A DNA stretch of 64,000 nucleotides, taken from positions 19,158,001 to 19,222,000 of the forward strand of contig OX597830.1 in NCBI GenBank assembly GCA_951406725.2, read 5' to 3'. The stretch is from Octopus vulgaris. Lineage: Eukaryota. The translations under genes were made by a program, and so were the position numbers. Shown here piece after piece: positions 13,896 through 27,330 of the stretch (its first letter is position 1; the number at the start of each line of letters is the position of its first letter). The notes below the pieces were generated by a model. That model saw only the letters and a program-made list of their open reading frames with translations, searched no databases and was not told the DNA's origin.

Positions 13896-14219
13896 CAGTG
13901 GTTCTCAAATGGGGTCCATATAAGACTTTTGGAGCTCACGCAAGCAAAATAGTAAATTAAGGATCCACAGTAGTATTTTAAGGGCTCGTGAAACAATGTT
14001 CATATAGATGTATTTATTGCAAGGAACAACTTGATTTCTTTCTTTAACATTTTACGTAGTTCAACCTAAACTGGTTGATGTGTGAAGAACAAAATACATA
14101 TTTTGAAAGAAGCGTCTATAAAACTAGTATTTAAACATCAGATGGCTTTCGGGGCCCGCTAGAATAGAATAGTGATCAAAGGAGTCCACAGGTAAAAACA
14201 AAATGGTTGAGAATCATTT
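13896..14219. mobile_element. Second hAT/Charlie-type MITE in the SLC7 intron
   Basis: TIRs CAGTGGTTCTCAA / TTGAGAATCATT. TSD gcttaaac / gtttaaat. Confidence 0.75.
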
Positions 14220-14291
14220 GTTTAAATGAAGACCTCGACTAATATTCTAATTGCTGAGAGTAGGACTTGAATATCAAAATATTTTACTTAC

Positions 14292-14370
14292 CAATCATGG
14301 TGCCAACTATCATAGAAATTCCCTTTAGTAACCCCAACTTCCTCTCTGGCTGTACGGTATCCGCTGTCAT
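14292..14370 (-). CDS. SLC7A9-like: SLC7/LAT-family (b(0,+)-type-like) amino acid transporter, first coding exon
   Basis: Minus strand reads MTADTVQPERKLGLLKGISMIVGTMI-G followed by a GTAAGT donor (phase 1). There is an in-frame TAG 9 nt upstream of the ATG, and a poly-T + CAG acceptor at 14435-14437, so the exon is 14292-14434 with 64 nt of 5'UTR. IVGTMIG is the TM1 motif of SLC7 LAT transporters. The exact paralogue cannot be resolved from 60 residues. Confidence 0.9.
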
Positions 14371-15092
14371 CTTCGGTTTCTATTTCTTTTGCTCTCTTTT
14401 ATTGCCACTTCTGTATATAGTCTCAGATACCTCTCTGGTAAAAAAAAAAATCATAATACTGTGGTTAATGTTCAAATTACGTATATGAGTGTTTATATGA
14501 AAATATACAATTATACACAGGTAGTTCTCACTCTCAGCGTTTGTTTTTCACAACTTTACAGCTCTATGAGAATTTTCAGCGGCAAAAATAAAAAGCAATA
14601 TTTTTTGTTTTTTAATTTGTTTATAACTCAATGTGGGCTGTCTGAAAGCAATGAATGCATTTGTCAGCTAAGCTAAAGGCCAAATGATGTCGGCGAGAGC
14701 CAGCAACTCCCATTCTCCTTTGCTGTGGACCAACGTATTTGCTGCAATTGAAATGCGCTATTTTTTTTTATTAACAAGTGAATGTTTACGAGACATCTTA
14801 GAATACTTTCCTTGACTGTTCCGTTCTCTGTCTTTCTCTTAGAATATTGGGCACCCTTTTTTTTTTAACATACTAAAATACATTAGTACAGTAACTGGAA
14901 CATTAAATAAGAAACTAGAAGGAACCATAACTTTGGGGGGAAATGTATGGAATTATAAGGTAGCACCATGCTGGAAATACCATTAACACATTAGTCCACA
15001 AATTGTTTTATTTGATTTATTATCTAAAAACTTTTTTATACAACTTTATCTGATACTAATTATATAAAAACATTTTGTTACAATATTTGAAA

Positions 15093-15235
15093 GAGTTCAA
15101 ATTCTGCCGAGGTCGACTTTGTCTTTCATCCTTTTGGGGTCGATAAATTAAGTACCAGTTGCGTATTGGGGTCGATCTAATCGACTGGCCTCCTCCCCCA
15201 AAATTTCAGGCCTTGTGCCTAGAGTAGAAAAGAAT
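15093..15235 (+). mobile_element. SINE family B fragment (Deu/Nin-like central domain)
   Basis: gagttcaaattctgccgaggtcgactttg..ttcatcctt..ggggtcgataaattaagtacc. Confidence 0.75.
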
Positions 15236-15569
15236 ATTTGAAAGACACTCCAGTCTTGCTGACTAACTTAAGGTATCTCGAAAAAATACAGGTATTGCAG
15301 AAGTATGATGGATTGTCCTTCTGGTCCTAAAAAAGGACCATGGGCGCTGTGTTAAAAACGATTTTTGAAAAATACTCATTTGAACTTCTCATCCGTCTGT
15401 ACAATTTTGAAAGAGATGTAGAAATATTTGGATGGAGTTATGAATGCGCATTCTATGCAATCTATTTGACTAGGAAGTATAAAAAAAATTGCGTCACTCT
15501 TCAAATAAAGATTTTTAACAATATAGATTGCTGGTTAAGCATGAATATTGGTTTCAAATTTTGGCACAA

Positions 15570-15740
15570 GGCCGGTAAGTTCAGAGGCAGGTTTAAATTG
15601 ATTACACGAATCCCAATGCTCGACTAGCACTTATTTTCTTAACCCCGAAAAGACGAAAGGCAAAGTTCGACCACCACGAAATTTGAACTCCGAACATTAA
15701 GACAGACGAAATGCCATTAAGCATTTTCCCCGGCGATACT
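15570..15740 (-). mobile_element. SINE family B fragment
   Basis: Reverse-complement similarity to 23033-23265. Confidence 0.65.
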
Positions 15741-16650
15741 TTCACTGCAATTTGTACAGAAGCTTTTTCCATCCTTACAGCGCTAAAGGATGAAAAAAGA
15801 AGACTGTAAAGGAAACACTTTACTGTAAACCGTGGATGGTTTGGGGGCTAGAAGAGAGCAGGTTGGCACAATATCAAGAAGCACCGAGGATGAAGCAGTA
15901 AAATTTTGTCCACAAAATTTAAGAAAAAATTACTGGAGGGGGAAATTACATGTGAAGACAAGTTTTCAATGTGGATGGGGAAGGATTCTTTTGGAGATTA
16001 AAAAAAATACCACCAAGAATCGTCAATGTCTGTATTTAAAGTTTCGAAAGATCGACTAATTTCAATGTTTAGAGACAACGCAAGCAGAGATAGCAAACTG
16101 AAACCATTGGTAATCTTCTAACCCTATAGAAATGCAATGAAAAGGCTTGAATTTCAGCTTCATGTTTGAAGATTTGTTTTCCCATTTCTTTTCCTGTGGT
16201 TCTTCTCTCTCTCTCACACACACATACACTCACACAACACTCATCACCTTTCATCTATCTCTCTTCCTCACCTTTCTCCCACTCTCTCCCCACTTATTTT
16301 CTTTCTCATTCTCTCACTGTCAACCAGATTGTAGCGCCATTTCTGGTCCTAGTATCCCACATTCCACCTATCACTTTACACCAAGCCTACCATGTAATTC
16401 GTTTATATTTGTATTATCTCTAACATTTCTTATTCCTTTCTCTCCTCTTTGATAAAGAGTATTACCCGAAATATTAAATTCGCTTCTGCTTCTTTCATTG
16501 GCGTATTTTCAATGTACCCGTTCTTCCACTGTAATTTTTTCATTTCATATTCTTAGGCTGTTTCAGCGTTCGCTTTACTTTGCTTTTTTAATATCATGTA
16601 TTTTTCGTTTGTCTCTTCCTTGTCTCATTATCTTACTAATTATATTTGTC

Positions 16651-16709
<59 letters not shown>

Positions 16710-16747
16710 AATATATGTGTGTGTGTGTGTTTATATATATGTACATG

Positions 16748-16804
<57 letters not shown>

Positions 16805-17019
16805 AATATGGAAATACTTTTTATTCTCAAACGCATAATAATAATGCTGAATATCACAAATAAGACAGATCGTCTTTATATTGCAAAAAAATGTGTTCGC
16901 GACCAGCTATGAGACCCGAGCTCTGTGATTATCGGTCATATTGCTTTAACTTTAAGCTAAACTGCCTACAAACAATTTCTTCTGTAATTTTAAAACTTAT
17001 ATATAAGTTATATATATAT

Positions 17020-17072
<53 letters not shown>

Positions 17073-17075
<3 letters not shown>

Positions 17076-18300
17076 GGAAAATAAGAAAAATCAACGAAAA
17101 TTCACATTGTAAATAAAAAAAGAAAATACTTTTTATGAAATGTAACGACAGATATATACATTTAGATGGACTGAGGTAGTAATAAAAGTCATAAAAGTCA
17201 TAAAAGTCATTAAGAGCTAAGGAAATAGATATACAAATATTAAGTCAAGCCAGCCGAAATACTAAACCAGACTTAAAAATACTCCCGTACATTTCCACAC
17301 ATAACCCTAGAAACAACGAAGCCTTCAACATTATCACCCAAAATATTCCCGTCCTCACAGCAGACAAAACAATGAACGAAATTTTAAGCTCATACAAAAT
17401 TATAAGAAGCAAAAAGCAACCGAAGTCACTGAAAAAATATTAATCAGCGCAAGACTTTATCCACTAACAACTGAGCCAAAAGTGAAAAAATGTGGTCATC
17501 CTAACTATGGAACATGCCCCCACCTTTTGGAGGGTTCAGAATTTCACTTCAAACAAGGAAAACAATTTAAGATCAAATCAAATTTCACCTGCGCCTCGGA
17601 AAATCTAATCTATTTCATGACATGCTTAGGATGTGGTAACCACTATATTGGACAAACAGGAATATCACTCCGTCGAAGAACTACCATCCACAAAGAACAA
17701 ATCCGCCAAACACAATACAGACATTTACAGGTTAGTGAACACATAGAAAGGTGTGCTATGAATCTTGATCCTAATTTCCAAATCTTCCCCTTCTATCAAT
17801 GTTCACAGAACACCACAATGCAACAAAGGTTGAATAAAGAGGCAATTTTCATCAAAAAATATCTTCCCTAATTAAATATGATCACACAACTTAATACAGA
17901 GCACCACTAACCCTTCAATTAACACTACTAACCCCTATATACTCCCCACACCATTCACATTACAATTCTATATCTAACACAGCTGCACTAAATCCAGAAC
18001 TACTTACCTCCCTTACAAATAATCTTTTTACTCAGTAACTATTAGTCCTGACACCGTTCATTACCCGGTGTTTATTCAAAGCAATGAATAGCTTATGACG
18101 AAACCATGGTATGCTTTGCTTTCTGACATTTTAATCATCTCATAATAATGTCTTTCATAACTTTTATTACTACCTCAGTCCATCTAAATGTATATATCTG
18201 TCGTTACCTTTCATAAAAAGCCTTTTCTTTTTTTATGTACAATGTGCATTTTCGTTGATTTTTCTTAATTTCCCTTACATTTCCACGTGTATTTTATATT
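17073..18300 (+). mobile_element. 5'-truncated Penelope-like element (Neptune-type GIY-YIG) with inverted pLTR
   Basis: ORF 17482-17871: CGHPNYGTC..LIYFMTCLGCGNHYIGQT. 17073-17215 is the reverse complement of 18140-18275. Flanked by (TA)n on both sides. Confidence 0.9.
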
Positions 18301-18327
18301 TTATATTTTCTTTTTGTAACATATTTA

Positions 18328-18394
<67 letters not shown>

Positions 18395-18417
18395 GTGACA
18401 ATTATTCGGCAGCCATT

Positions 18418-18476
18418 ATAAAACTCCGAGTTTCGGATGTCGGGGCGGAAACCCACGCCGCCATCTCTTCAGTTAT
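18418..18476 (-). ncRNA. Type I hammerhead ribozyme in the inverted pLTR
   Basis: Minus: ataa CTGAAGA GATG..CATC C GAAAC TCGGA GTT ttat. Core intact. Confidence 0.75.
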
Positions 18477-19729
18477 CGAGCCATCAAAAAAATTGCTATG
18501 AAAATGACCGCTAAACAAATGGGAAATTACTTTGTGTGTGACCGTTATTAAGACAAAAGAGATATTTGAATGACCGCTAATTGAGGGGGGAGTAAAGGTA
18601 AGGGAGTATAAATGTTCATAGTTTTTGCGTAAAAGCGCATGTCCGAGACCACGATTTATGAAGCCACGGTTTCGTCGAAGAAATATGTGGGCCTTACAGA
18701 GGGTAATTTTAAGGCCCCGTTCAATAATCACACCTTGACCTTCAGCCACTGTGACAAAAGGAAAACGACCAAATTATCCAGTCATATATGGTCCTTAAAA
18801 GATAAAGGTGTCAGTTACAACATCCATTGGAATATTTTAGCCAAGTGTTAGCCCTACACCAACAGTAATGGGAAGTGCGGTCTTTGTGATATGGAAAGAT
18901 GGTTCATCTGGAAAAGCGCATGTCCGAGATCACATGTCTAAATTCAAGAACTGAACTTTTCGGATCATGTCCACACGTGGCTAAATATTGTTACGTCTTT
19001 GGTCCCCCCGAGATTACAGATAGGATTTGCTTTCTATATTGTGTCCACGTTCAAGCTTTTTTATCTCTCTATACTTTTTACTTATATTTCTTATATATTA
19101 TTATATATTTTTTACATATTTATAGAGATAATGTTTTATAGGTTTATTGCTCATATATTTTTTACACATATTTTTTCTGTATTCTACCTTCCACCCTGCA
19201 TTTTTCCTGTGCGTATATAGACGTGTATATGAAATCTTCTGTGTGCGCGTGAGGATGTGTGCGTGTGTGCGGGTATGTGCGTATATAAACGTGTTTTACT
19301 CTTATTGCTTATTTTTTACACCTTTTTACATATTTTTCTGTATTTTGCCTTTAGCCCTGTTGTGCATGTGCGTATATAGACGTGTATATGAATCTTTTTT
19401 GTTCGCATGTGGGTGTGTGTGTGTGTGCGAGCGTGTATGCGGGAATGTATATCATTTTTGGCGAATGTGTGGGTGAGCACGTGCGTGTTTCAAGTGAGGG
19501 TGGATGAATATATACTTATAGGCGCATTACGTGGGTGTGCGGGCGCGCATGTGTATGTATGGACATGTGCGCTTAAGCGAATACTATGAACATTTTTACT
19601 CCCTTGCCTTTACTCCCTCTCCTCCCTTAGTGGTCATTCTAATTGCTCTTTTGTCTTAATAACAGTCAATCACACCGTAATTTCCCTTTGTTTAACGGTC
19701 CATTTCATAGAATTTTTTTCGATGACCCG

Positions 19730-19788
19730 ATAACAGAAGAGATGGCGGTGTGGGTTATCGCCCCGACATCCGAAACTCGGAGTTTTAT
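19730..19788 (+). ncRNA. Type I hammerhead ribozyme, sense pLTR copy (U4A mutation)
   Basis: ataa CAGAAGA GATG..CATC C GAAAC TCGGA GTT ttat. Confidence 0.65.
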
Positions 19789-19891
19789 CATGGCTGCCGA
19801 ATAAATGTCATATATTATATTTACAGATAAATTCCTCTATTTACATAATATCGAGGTCTCTTTCATTCTTTTGTTATCTTACCGTTTCTAT

Positions 19892-20690
<799 letters not shown>

Positions 20691-20744
20691 GGGTCATCAT
20701 CTGGTGTGCACTGTTTTTGGTCTGGAGCAAAAGGAACAGAGGGG

Positions 20745-20781
20745 TGCTTAACGTTTCGAGCAAAGCTCTTCTTCAGAAACA
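20745..20781 (-). ncRNA. Minimal type I hammerhead ribozyme (same family as 1625 and 29008)
   Basis: Minus: tgttt CTGAAGA A GAGC ttt GCTC GAAAC GTT aagca. Core intact, stem I 5 bp. Confidence 0.8.
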
Positions 20782-20964
20782 TGAAACAGAGGGTAGTCCA
20801 AAAGAAAATTAAGACGGAGGAAAAAATCATTAACAATCTACATACACTAATATACATATGTGTGTATGTATATATATATATATATATCTATATATATATA
20901 TATCTATATATACATATATGTGTGTGTTTATGTTTAGTTATAATGGGACACAAATGCACAAATT

Positions 20965-21748
20965 GACCTTGAACCCTGTTGTGTATCTGCACGAAGTTGT
21001 AACATTCTAACTCACTTCCACTGTTTACAGCAGTGCTTGGAAAAAATGTGTATAGTGTGTGATCGTCGGATTGACCATGACAGAGAATGTTGAGCCGAGA
21101 ATCTGCATGAAATTCTGCCAAAAGCTTGACGATACATGCTCAGAGGCCTATGCAAAGTTTACAAAAAGTTTTCACCGTTCTCGACACAATCAAGATCTTG
21201 TGCAACTGAAACCTGAATGTGTTTTGGATCAGTTGAAAGCAGTTTTGGCACAAACTTGGCAGACATGTGTCTCATACCCAAATCTTCAGTGCAAATGAAC
21301 TGAACTGAACCGTAACTAATGTGCACGTCCTCTGATAACTCACAGATGGTGATTTGACAATTTCCCCTCACAGCTGCATGCACATCTGTGATGTTTTTCT
21401 CTGTTCTGCTGGTTGCTGGTCTCCCAGAACGTTCGTCAATACTGACATTTTTTTGACCATCTTGGAAATGTCTGAACCACTCGTACACTTGTGTGTGGCT
21501 CATACACTCCTCTCCATACACTTTCTGCAAACTTGCATAGGCCTCTGAGCAAGTCAATGCAACAAATCATACACTACACACCTTCCTTCCAAGCACTGCT
21601 ATAAACAGTGTAAGTGAGCTAGAATATTAAAATTGAGTGCACATGCATAGCAGAGTTCAAGATCTATCTTTACCAAGTATCTTCACTCTTTAGTTTCGTT
21701 ACTATGGCAACAGCCCGGATACTTATTGGTCAGATCTTGTATCTGTTT
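20965..21748. mobile_element. Mariner relic made of two inverted 5' halves
   Basis: Plus: MTENVEPRICMKFCQKL. Minus: VYGEECMSHTQVYEWF..DERSGRP. 20969-21066 is inverted against 21563-21660. TIR-like end plus TA at ~21749. Confidence 0.85.
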
Positions 21749-22012
21749 CAACACACCATTTCCCATCAAGAATCTTGTAAAACAAATACATAAACATAAA
21801 ATATTATACTTTCACTATTTTTCCTGTGACATATTTTTCCATGACTTTTTCCCTTCGATTTTATTTCCCATCACTTATGAGGTAGGTTGTGTGTGGTTAC
21901 TTAGTCTGCTAGAAATAGCAGGTCAATTTTCTTCAGATCACACCTTGAAATTGTAGTGATTTTTCACATCACTGGTCTTCCATTGTTTGTTGTTTTTATT
22001 AACAACAGCCAT

Positions 22013-22050
<38 letters not shown>

Positions 22051-22536
22051 GTGTTTCTCTGTGTGTGTGTGTGCGTGTGTGTTTCTGTGTGTGTGTGTGT
22101 CTTTATGTACCTAATGCACTGAAAACTGTGTCTATTGTATCAAAAAATTCTGTTTCTCTGATATAATTACCTGTAATCCCTCTCCACTTTTGATCTGCTA
22201 AACATACAAAGGTATCTGGTAACAATGTCATATATAAGAAAAGTCATAGGAAAGCTTCAAAAAATACTCCTTGAAAGAACTACAAGTCATATATTAAAAG
22301 TTGAAAAAGCTTCTTCAATTGTTTTGCTGTACAAATGTGTAATGCTTCCTCTCTTTAGGTTTCACCATATCAAGTCCATTATATATCGTAAATGAGGTTT
22401 AAGAATTTCCATACTAAAACTAGGGTGCCATGTAAAAAGGTAACAATGAGAATCAAACATTGTATTCCTATCCCCTGATGAAAAATAGGTCATTAATAAC
22501 CCTTATCTGTTTTAGAAGTGAGGGATATCTTGTGTG

Positions 22537-22880
22537 GGAACTATTTAAGAAGAGTGGTCCTGGTGTGCGCACTATCGTACTCGCGCAACCACGCTAGCTA
22601 GTCGTGACTAGTCGATCCTACAACGACTACCTATCCTATAATAAATATTCATACAAATTTGGTTGAAAGTTATTAGAAGTTATTAGATAAATGTTTGGTA
22701 CCGCCATCATAACTAAGATGGGGTTTGTTTTTAAAACAAATAGGGTTTTTTTTTAAAAAACAAATAGGGTTTTTTTTATAGGATAGGTAGTCGTTGTAGG
22801 ATCTATTAGTCACGACTAGCTAGCGCAGATGTGCGAGTATGCGAGTGCGCGCACTAGGACCACTCTTCTTAAATAGTACC
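22537..22880. mobile_element. Mutator (MULE)-like MITE
   Basis: ~100-bp TIRs starting GG(T/A)ACTATTTAAGAAGAGTGGTCC. 9-bp TSD tcttgtgtg / tattgcgtg. Confidence 0.85.
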
Positions 22881-23032
22881 TATTGCGTGTGTGTGTGTGT
22901 ATGTGTGTCCTTGTGTCCTACAGAGCATCAAACAATAACCACTCTCCTTTCCTTCCTAGCAGGTTTGGCAGGGGTGGCTGGTTTAGTCACTGATGGCTTC
23001 ATCATGTGACAGATTGTACTGGATGCAATAAA

Positions 23033-23265
23033 GGTGGTGAGCTGGCAGAACCGTTAGCACACTGGGCGAAATGCTAAGCAGTATTTCATCTGCCACTACT
23101 TTCTGAGTTCAAATTCTGCCAAGGTCGACTTTGCCTTTCATCCTTTCGGGATCGGTAAATTAAGTACCAGTTATGCGCTGGGAGTTGATGTAATCCACTT
23201 AATCCGTTTGTCTGTCCTTGTTTGTTCCCTCTGTGTGTAGCCTCTTGTGAGCAGTAAAGAAAATA
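23033..23265 (+). mobile_element. SINE family B (tRNA head plus Deu/Nin-like domain)
   Basis: ggtggtgagctggcagaa..gagttcaaattc..ctttcatcctttcggg..taaattaagtacc. Confidence 0.8.
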
Positions 23266-23579
23266 AGTTTGTACTGGATACATGTTGCATGTTGCCAGCC
23301 ACTCTAAGGCATATGTCAGCTTTGGAAGCAGTAAGCAAGAGGTGCCTGCTATGGCCACATTAGTGTGGATGATTGTAAGTCCCTAGAGGGACTAAGAATC
23401 CACGTGTGCTAATGGAATTTCATGAAATTGAGTATATTTGTATATATGTACATATGTATGTATATGTGTGTAAATATCTGTGTGTGTGTCAAAGTATCTA
23501 TGTATGTGTGTTTATGTCTGTATGTGTATGGCTATCTATCTTCATAGGTATTTATGCATGAATCTGTGTTAACATGACT

Positions 23580-23878
23580 TCTTCATTCTCAAGCCACGCC
23601 TGGCTCATAAGGGCTGGTTTCCCGGTTTCCTTGGCGTATAGGTTCCCCACCTGGATGAGATGCCGGTCCGTCGCAGGTGAGCTGCAAGATGCAGGAAGAA
23701 AGAATGAGAGAAAGTTGTGGCGAAAGAGTCAGCAGAAGTTCACCATTACCTTCTGCTGGAGCCATGTGAAGCTTAGGTGTTCCACTCATAAACACCCACA
23801 TCACCCGTTCTGAGATTCGAACTCGCGATCCCTCAACCATGAGTCCGCTGCTCTAACCACTAGGCCATGTGCCTCCAC
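23580..23878 (-). mobile_element. tRNA-derived SINE family C
   Basis: Minus head TGGCCTAGTGG (A-box) and GAGTTCGAATC (B-box). Body related to 46083-46470. Confidence 0.85.
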
Positions 23879-23964
23879 TGTTGACATGACTATGTTAGTA
23901 TATAGGCTCATATACAATAGTATTACATGTATATAATATACTGAATTGAAAAACTAACTAAGAG

Positions 23965-24760
23965 TATCTGTAGCAGGTCCCTGCCTCGGTTTGAACCCAA
24001 ACTGGGTTTATCCTTCATTAGGAAAATTTTCATAAACAAAAACTGGACTTTTCATAGCCGGTCTCTACCTCAATTTTAATCAGGACAGGATTTTTTATCA
24101 ATTAAAAATATTATCATAAGCAAAAGCCTAATCTTGTGTAGCAGTTTTTGCCACAATTTGAACCTAGGCTGCGGTGGGGCTTCCAACAAGAAAAATTTTC
24201 ATAAACAAAAAAAAAATGAATCTTACATAGCAATCCCTGCCATAATTTAAAAAAAAAATTTTTTTATGTCAGACCAGTTTATTTATCCAATTAGGATAAT
24301 TTTCTTTAAAAAAGATTATGAATCTTTCCTAACAGTTCTCTGTCTCAATTTAAACCTGGACTGAATTTCTTCCAGTTAGGAAAATTTTCATAATCAAAAA
24401 CATTATCTTACACAGCAGATCTTTGCCTTGAGTTAAACATAGGATGAATTTTTACAAATAAAGGAAAATTTAATTGAAAATTTTTTTTTAAACAAACAGA
24501 TCTGTAAATCTTTTATAGCAGGTCTCTACTTCAGTTTGAAAACCTGGGTTTTTTTAATCAATTTGAAAAATTTTCATAAACAAGAAACTGATCTTGCATT
24601 GAAGTTTTCTGCCTCAATTTAAACATGGAATGAATTTTTTTCAATTAGAGAAATTTTCATAAAAATAAAATCAGTAAAAAACAGATTTTCCAAAGCAGGT
24701 GTCTACCTCAGTTTGAACCTAGGCTGGGATTTTTTTATCCAATTAAGAAAATTTTTAGTC
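23965..24760. repeat. Diverged tandem array of ~9 units, 81-104 bp each
   Basis: Recurring tagcaggtctctgcctcaatttgaacctagg..ggaaaattttcataaacaaaa units at about 23971, 24055, 24139, 24228, 24330, 24413, 24516, 24601 and 24693. Confidence 0.85.
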
Positions 24761-25208
24761 TGGACTCAGATTATAACAGAAATGTACTACATATCTTTGA
24801 CATTAGGTAGAGAGAAAAAGTGAGTGATTATCTTACTTATTCAAAGTTTTTTTACTCTCTATTTTACACTTGTGTGAGACACGGCTGTAAAAGTATTTAA
24901 CATGCAGAACACTGTCCTAGGGTACTTTTGTTCAGGGTCCATCAACTCCCATATCTGAACGTATCTGTTATTGTACAACCCTAGGTCAGTACTGATTGAT
25001 TAGATTTGCTCTCACGAATAACATATCTAGGACTACGTTAGAGGGAGGTTTGGCTGCTTTTTTTAACACATTAAGTGACCATGTAGAAGCTCCATTTTTA
25101 TTTCTACACATGTGTGTGTAATAGTTTGTCAGTATGCATGTATGCATGTATTTGTGTTGCTGTTTATGTGTGTGTCTGTGTGTGTGCATGTGTGTGAGTG
25201 TGTGTGAG

Positions 25209-25261
<53 letters not shown>

Positions 25262-25389
25262 CATATATATATGTATGTATATGAAGATATGTATACATAC
25301 ATGCCTAACATGCAACAGTATGAACATATTGAGAGATAGAAGGATAGACATACACATACATACATATTGCATAAATGTACAAGTGTGTG

Positions 25390-25464
<75 letters not shown>

Positions 25465-25669
25465 CATCTGGGTATCATAACCCTATGAACACCACCATCC
25501 CAACCAAAAAGATATCTTTACTTACCTCTCTTTCTACAGAGGACACACAAAATATCCGTTCAACATCAAAATAATATCCAACTACACACAGGTAAAATAT
25601 GCAGTCAGCCTGATATTTAAATCAGACACACCCTACCTCCCACTCACCCACTTTCTCTGTTGTGCATAT

Positions 25670-27330
25670 CAATTACATACAGTAGTGTACAAATGTCTGG
25701 AAAGCGAACAGTGTATGAGTCAGATACATGCTTGCGTGTGTATGGAAGGGAGAAAATCAGGTGTAGTGTTGGCGAATCTCAGGAAGCATAGAAGTTTTGA
25801 AGGATGCAGTGCTCCGACAACTAACGACTGATGTTGGCAGTTTGTTCCATGCTTCAGCAACTCTTAGCATGAAAAAATGTCTCTGAAAGTCATGGGGGGT
25901 GTGCTGTTTTCTGTCTTTGTAAACATGTCCACGGGTGTTAAACAGGTGGAGTTTGAAAAGGTGCTCAGAGTTATGGTTTGTAAGATGGTTAAAAATCTTA
26001 TGGGTGTCAGCCAAGTCAGCTGCCACACGTCGGAGTTTCAATGTGTCCATGCCCAGGGAAGTAAGGCATTCAGAATATGGCAAATGCTTGATGGAGGGTA
26101 TTCTCTTGGTTGCACGTCGCTGAACGGCTTCCAGACGATTAATATCCTTGGCAAGAATGGGGTTCCAGACGGTGATGCAAATTCCAGGTGAGGTCGTACC
26201 ATAGCTATATAAAGCCGCAGATAGATAGCCGGAGAGCGGCTCACAAAGGACTTGGTGAGTGATGCCAAGACACCCTCAAGCCTTCTTGGCAATTTTAGCA
26301 ATGTGTTTTGTCCAATGCAAATCGCTGTCGACAATAACGCCCAGGTCATGTTCACACGAAGACTTTTTGAGATTAGCGTTGTGAAGGGAGTAAGTAGACG
26401 CTGGGTTTTTCCTCCCCAAATGCATGGTGGTACATTTGTCCACAGCCAGCTTGAGTTGCCAGTCCATGATCAACTGCTGCATTGTGTCCAGGTCTGATTG
26501 CAATAGAGATCTATAGCGTACAGGATCTGACCTCTTTATTTCAAGGTTCAGCTTGATGTCATCTGCAGATTTCAGCACTGTGGCATTCTTTAAGTTGGCA
26601 TCTAGTCATTAACATATGCAACAAATAAAAGGGGGCCAAGAACAGATCCCTGTGGTACACCAGATGTCATCTCATAGGGTGAAGAGTGCTGTCCTAGAAC
26701 TGTGACAACCTCTTTTCGGCCGATAAAGGACTTCTACCGGTTATAGAGATCGTCTCTTACACCCAACGCAGAGAGTTTCACCATAAGTCTTTTGTGTGGC
26801 ACAGAGTTAAAAGGCTTAGCAAAGTCCAGGTAAACAACATCCACCCAGGATCCGCGATCAGTGATTTGGGTAATGTCCTCAAGAAACTTGATGAGTTGAT
26901 TACAGCAGCTGGAGTTAGGAATAAATCCAAATTGCGACGGCTGGATGAGGCTGTGAGACTTCCAGAAGTTCCAGAGAGTTTCCCTGACACAGGATTCCAT
27001 CAGTTTGGCGATGCAGCTAGTAAGACTAATGGGGTGATAGTTGACAGGTGATGTGCGGTCACGCTTTTTGAACAGAGGGATAACACTGGCAGTTTTCCAC
27101 TGCTCTGGAGTAACATCATTGTCAAGACAGAATTGGAAGAATAGTGAAAGTTGGTTTAGAAGAAAGTACCCACCGCATTTGAGAAGTAGGTATGTAACAC
27201 TATCGAGACCAGGAGAGGCATAGTTGCGTTCATTCTTAAGGTGGCATTGTAGCATTGCTGGTGTAAATTTCCTAGTAGATATAGAGTCCGGTGTGAGAGA
27301 GACTGAGTTACACATAAACCTGTTCTCAAG
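25670..27330 (-). mobile_element. 5'-truncated CR1-group LINE (RT remnant)
   Basis: NYHPISLTS, VDVVYLDFAKPFNSVPH, SGVPQGSVLGPLLF, ADDIKL, VRPHLEFA, RVAEAWNKLP. Confidence 0.92.

Noticed and set aside
18100-18114. GAAACCATGGTA, hammerhead 3' half in a PLE 3' region
   Set aside because: The 5' core half is not found and was probably deleted, so it is not called as a ribozyme.
22345-23030. Plus-strand exon candidates after polypyrimidine-AG sites (22358, 22962)
   Set aside because: Frames close quickly, no recognisable protein, and no consistent donor sites.
23965-24760. CRISPR-like array
   Set aside because: Units are homologous throughout, there are no unique spacers or cas genes, and the context is eukaryotic.
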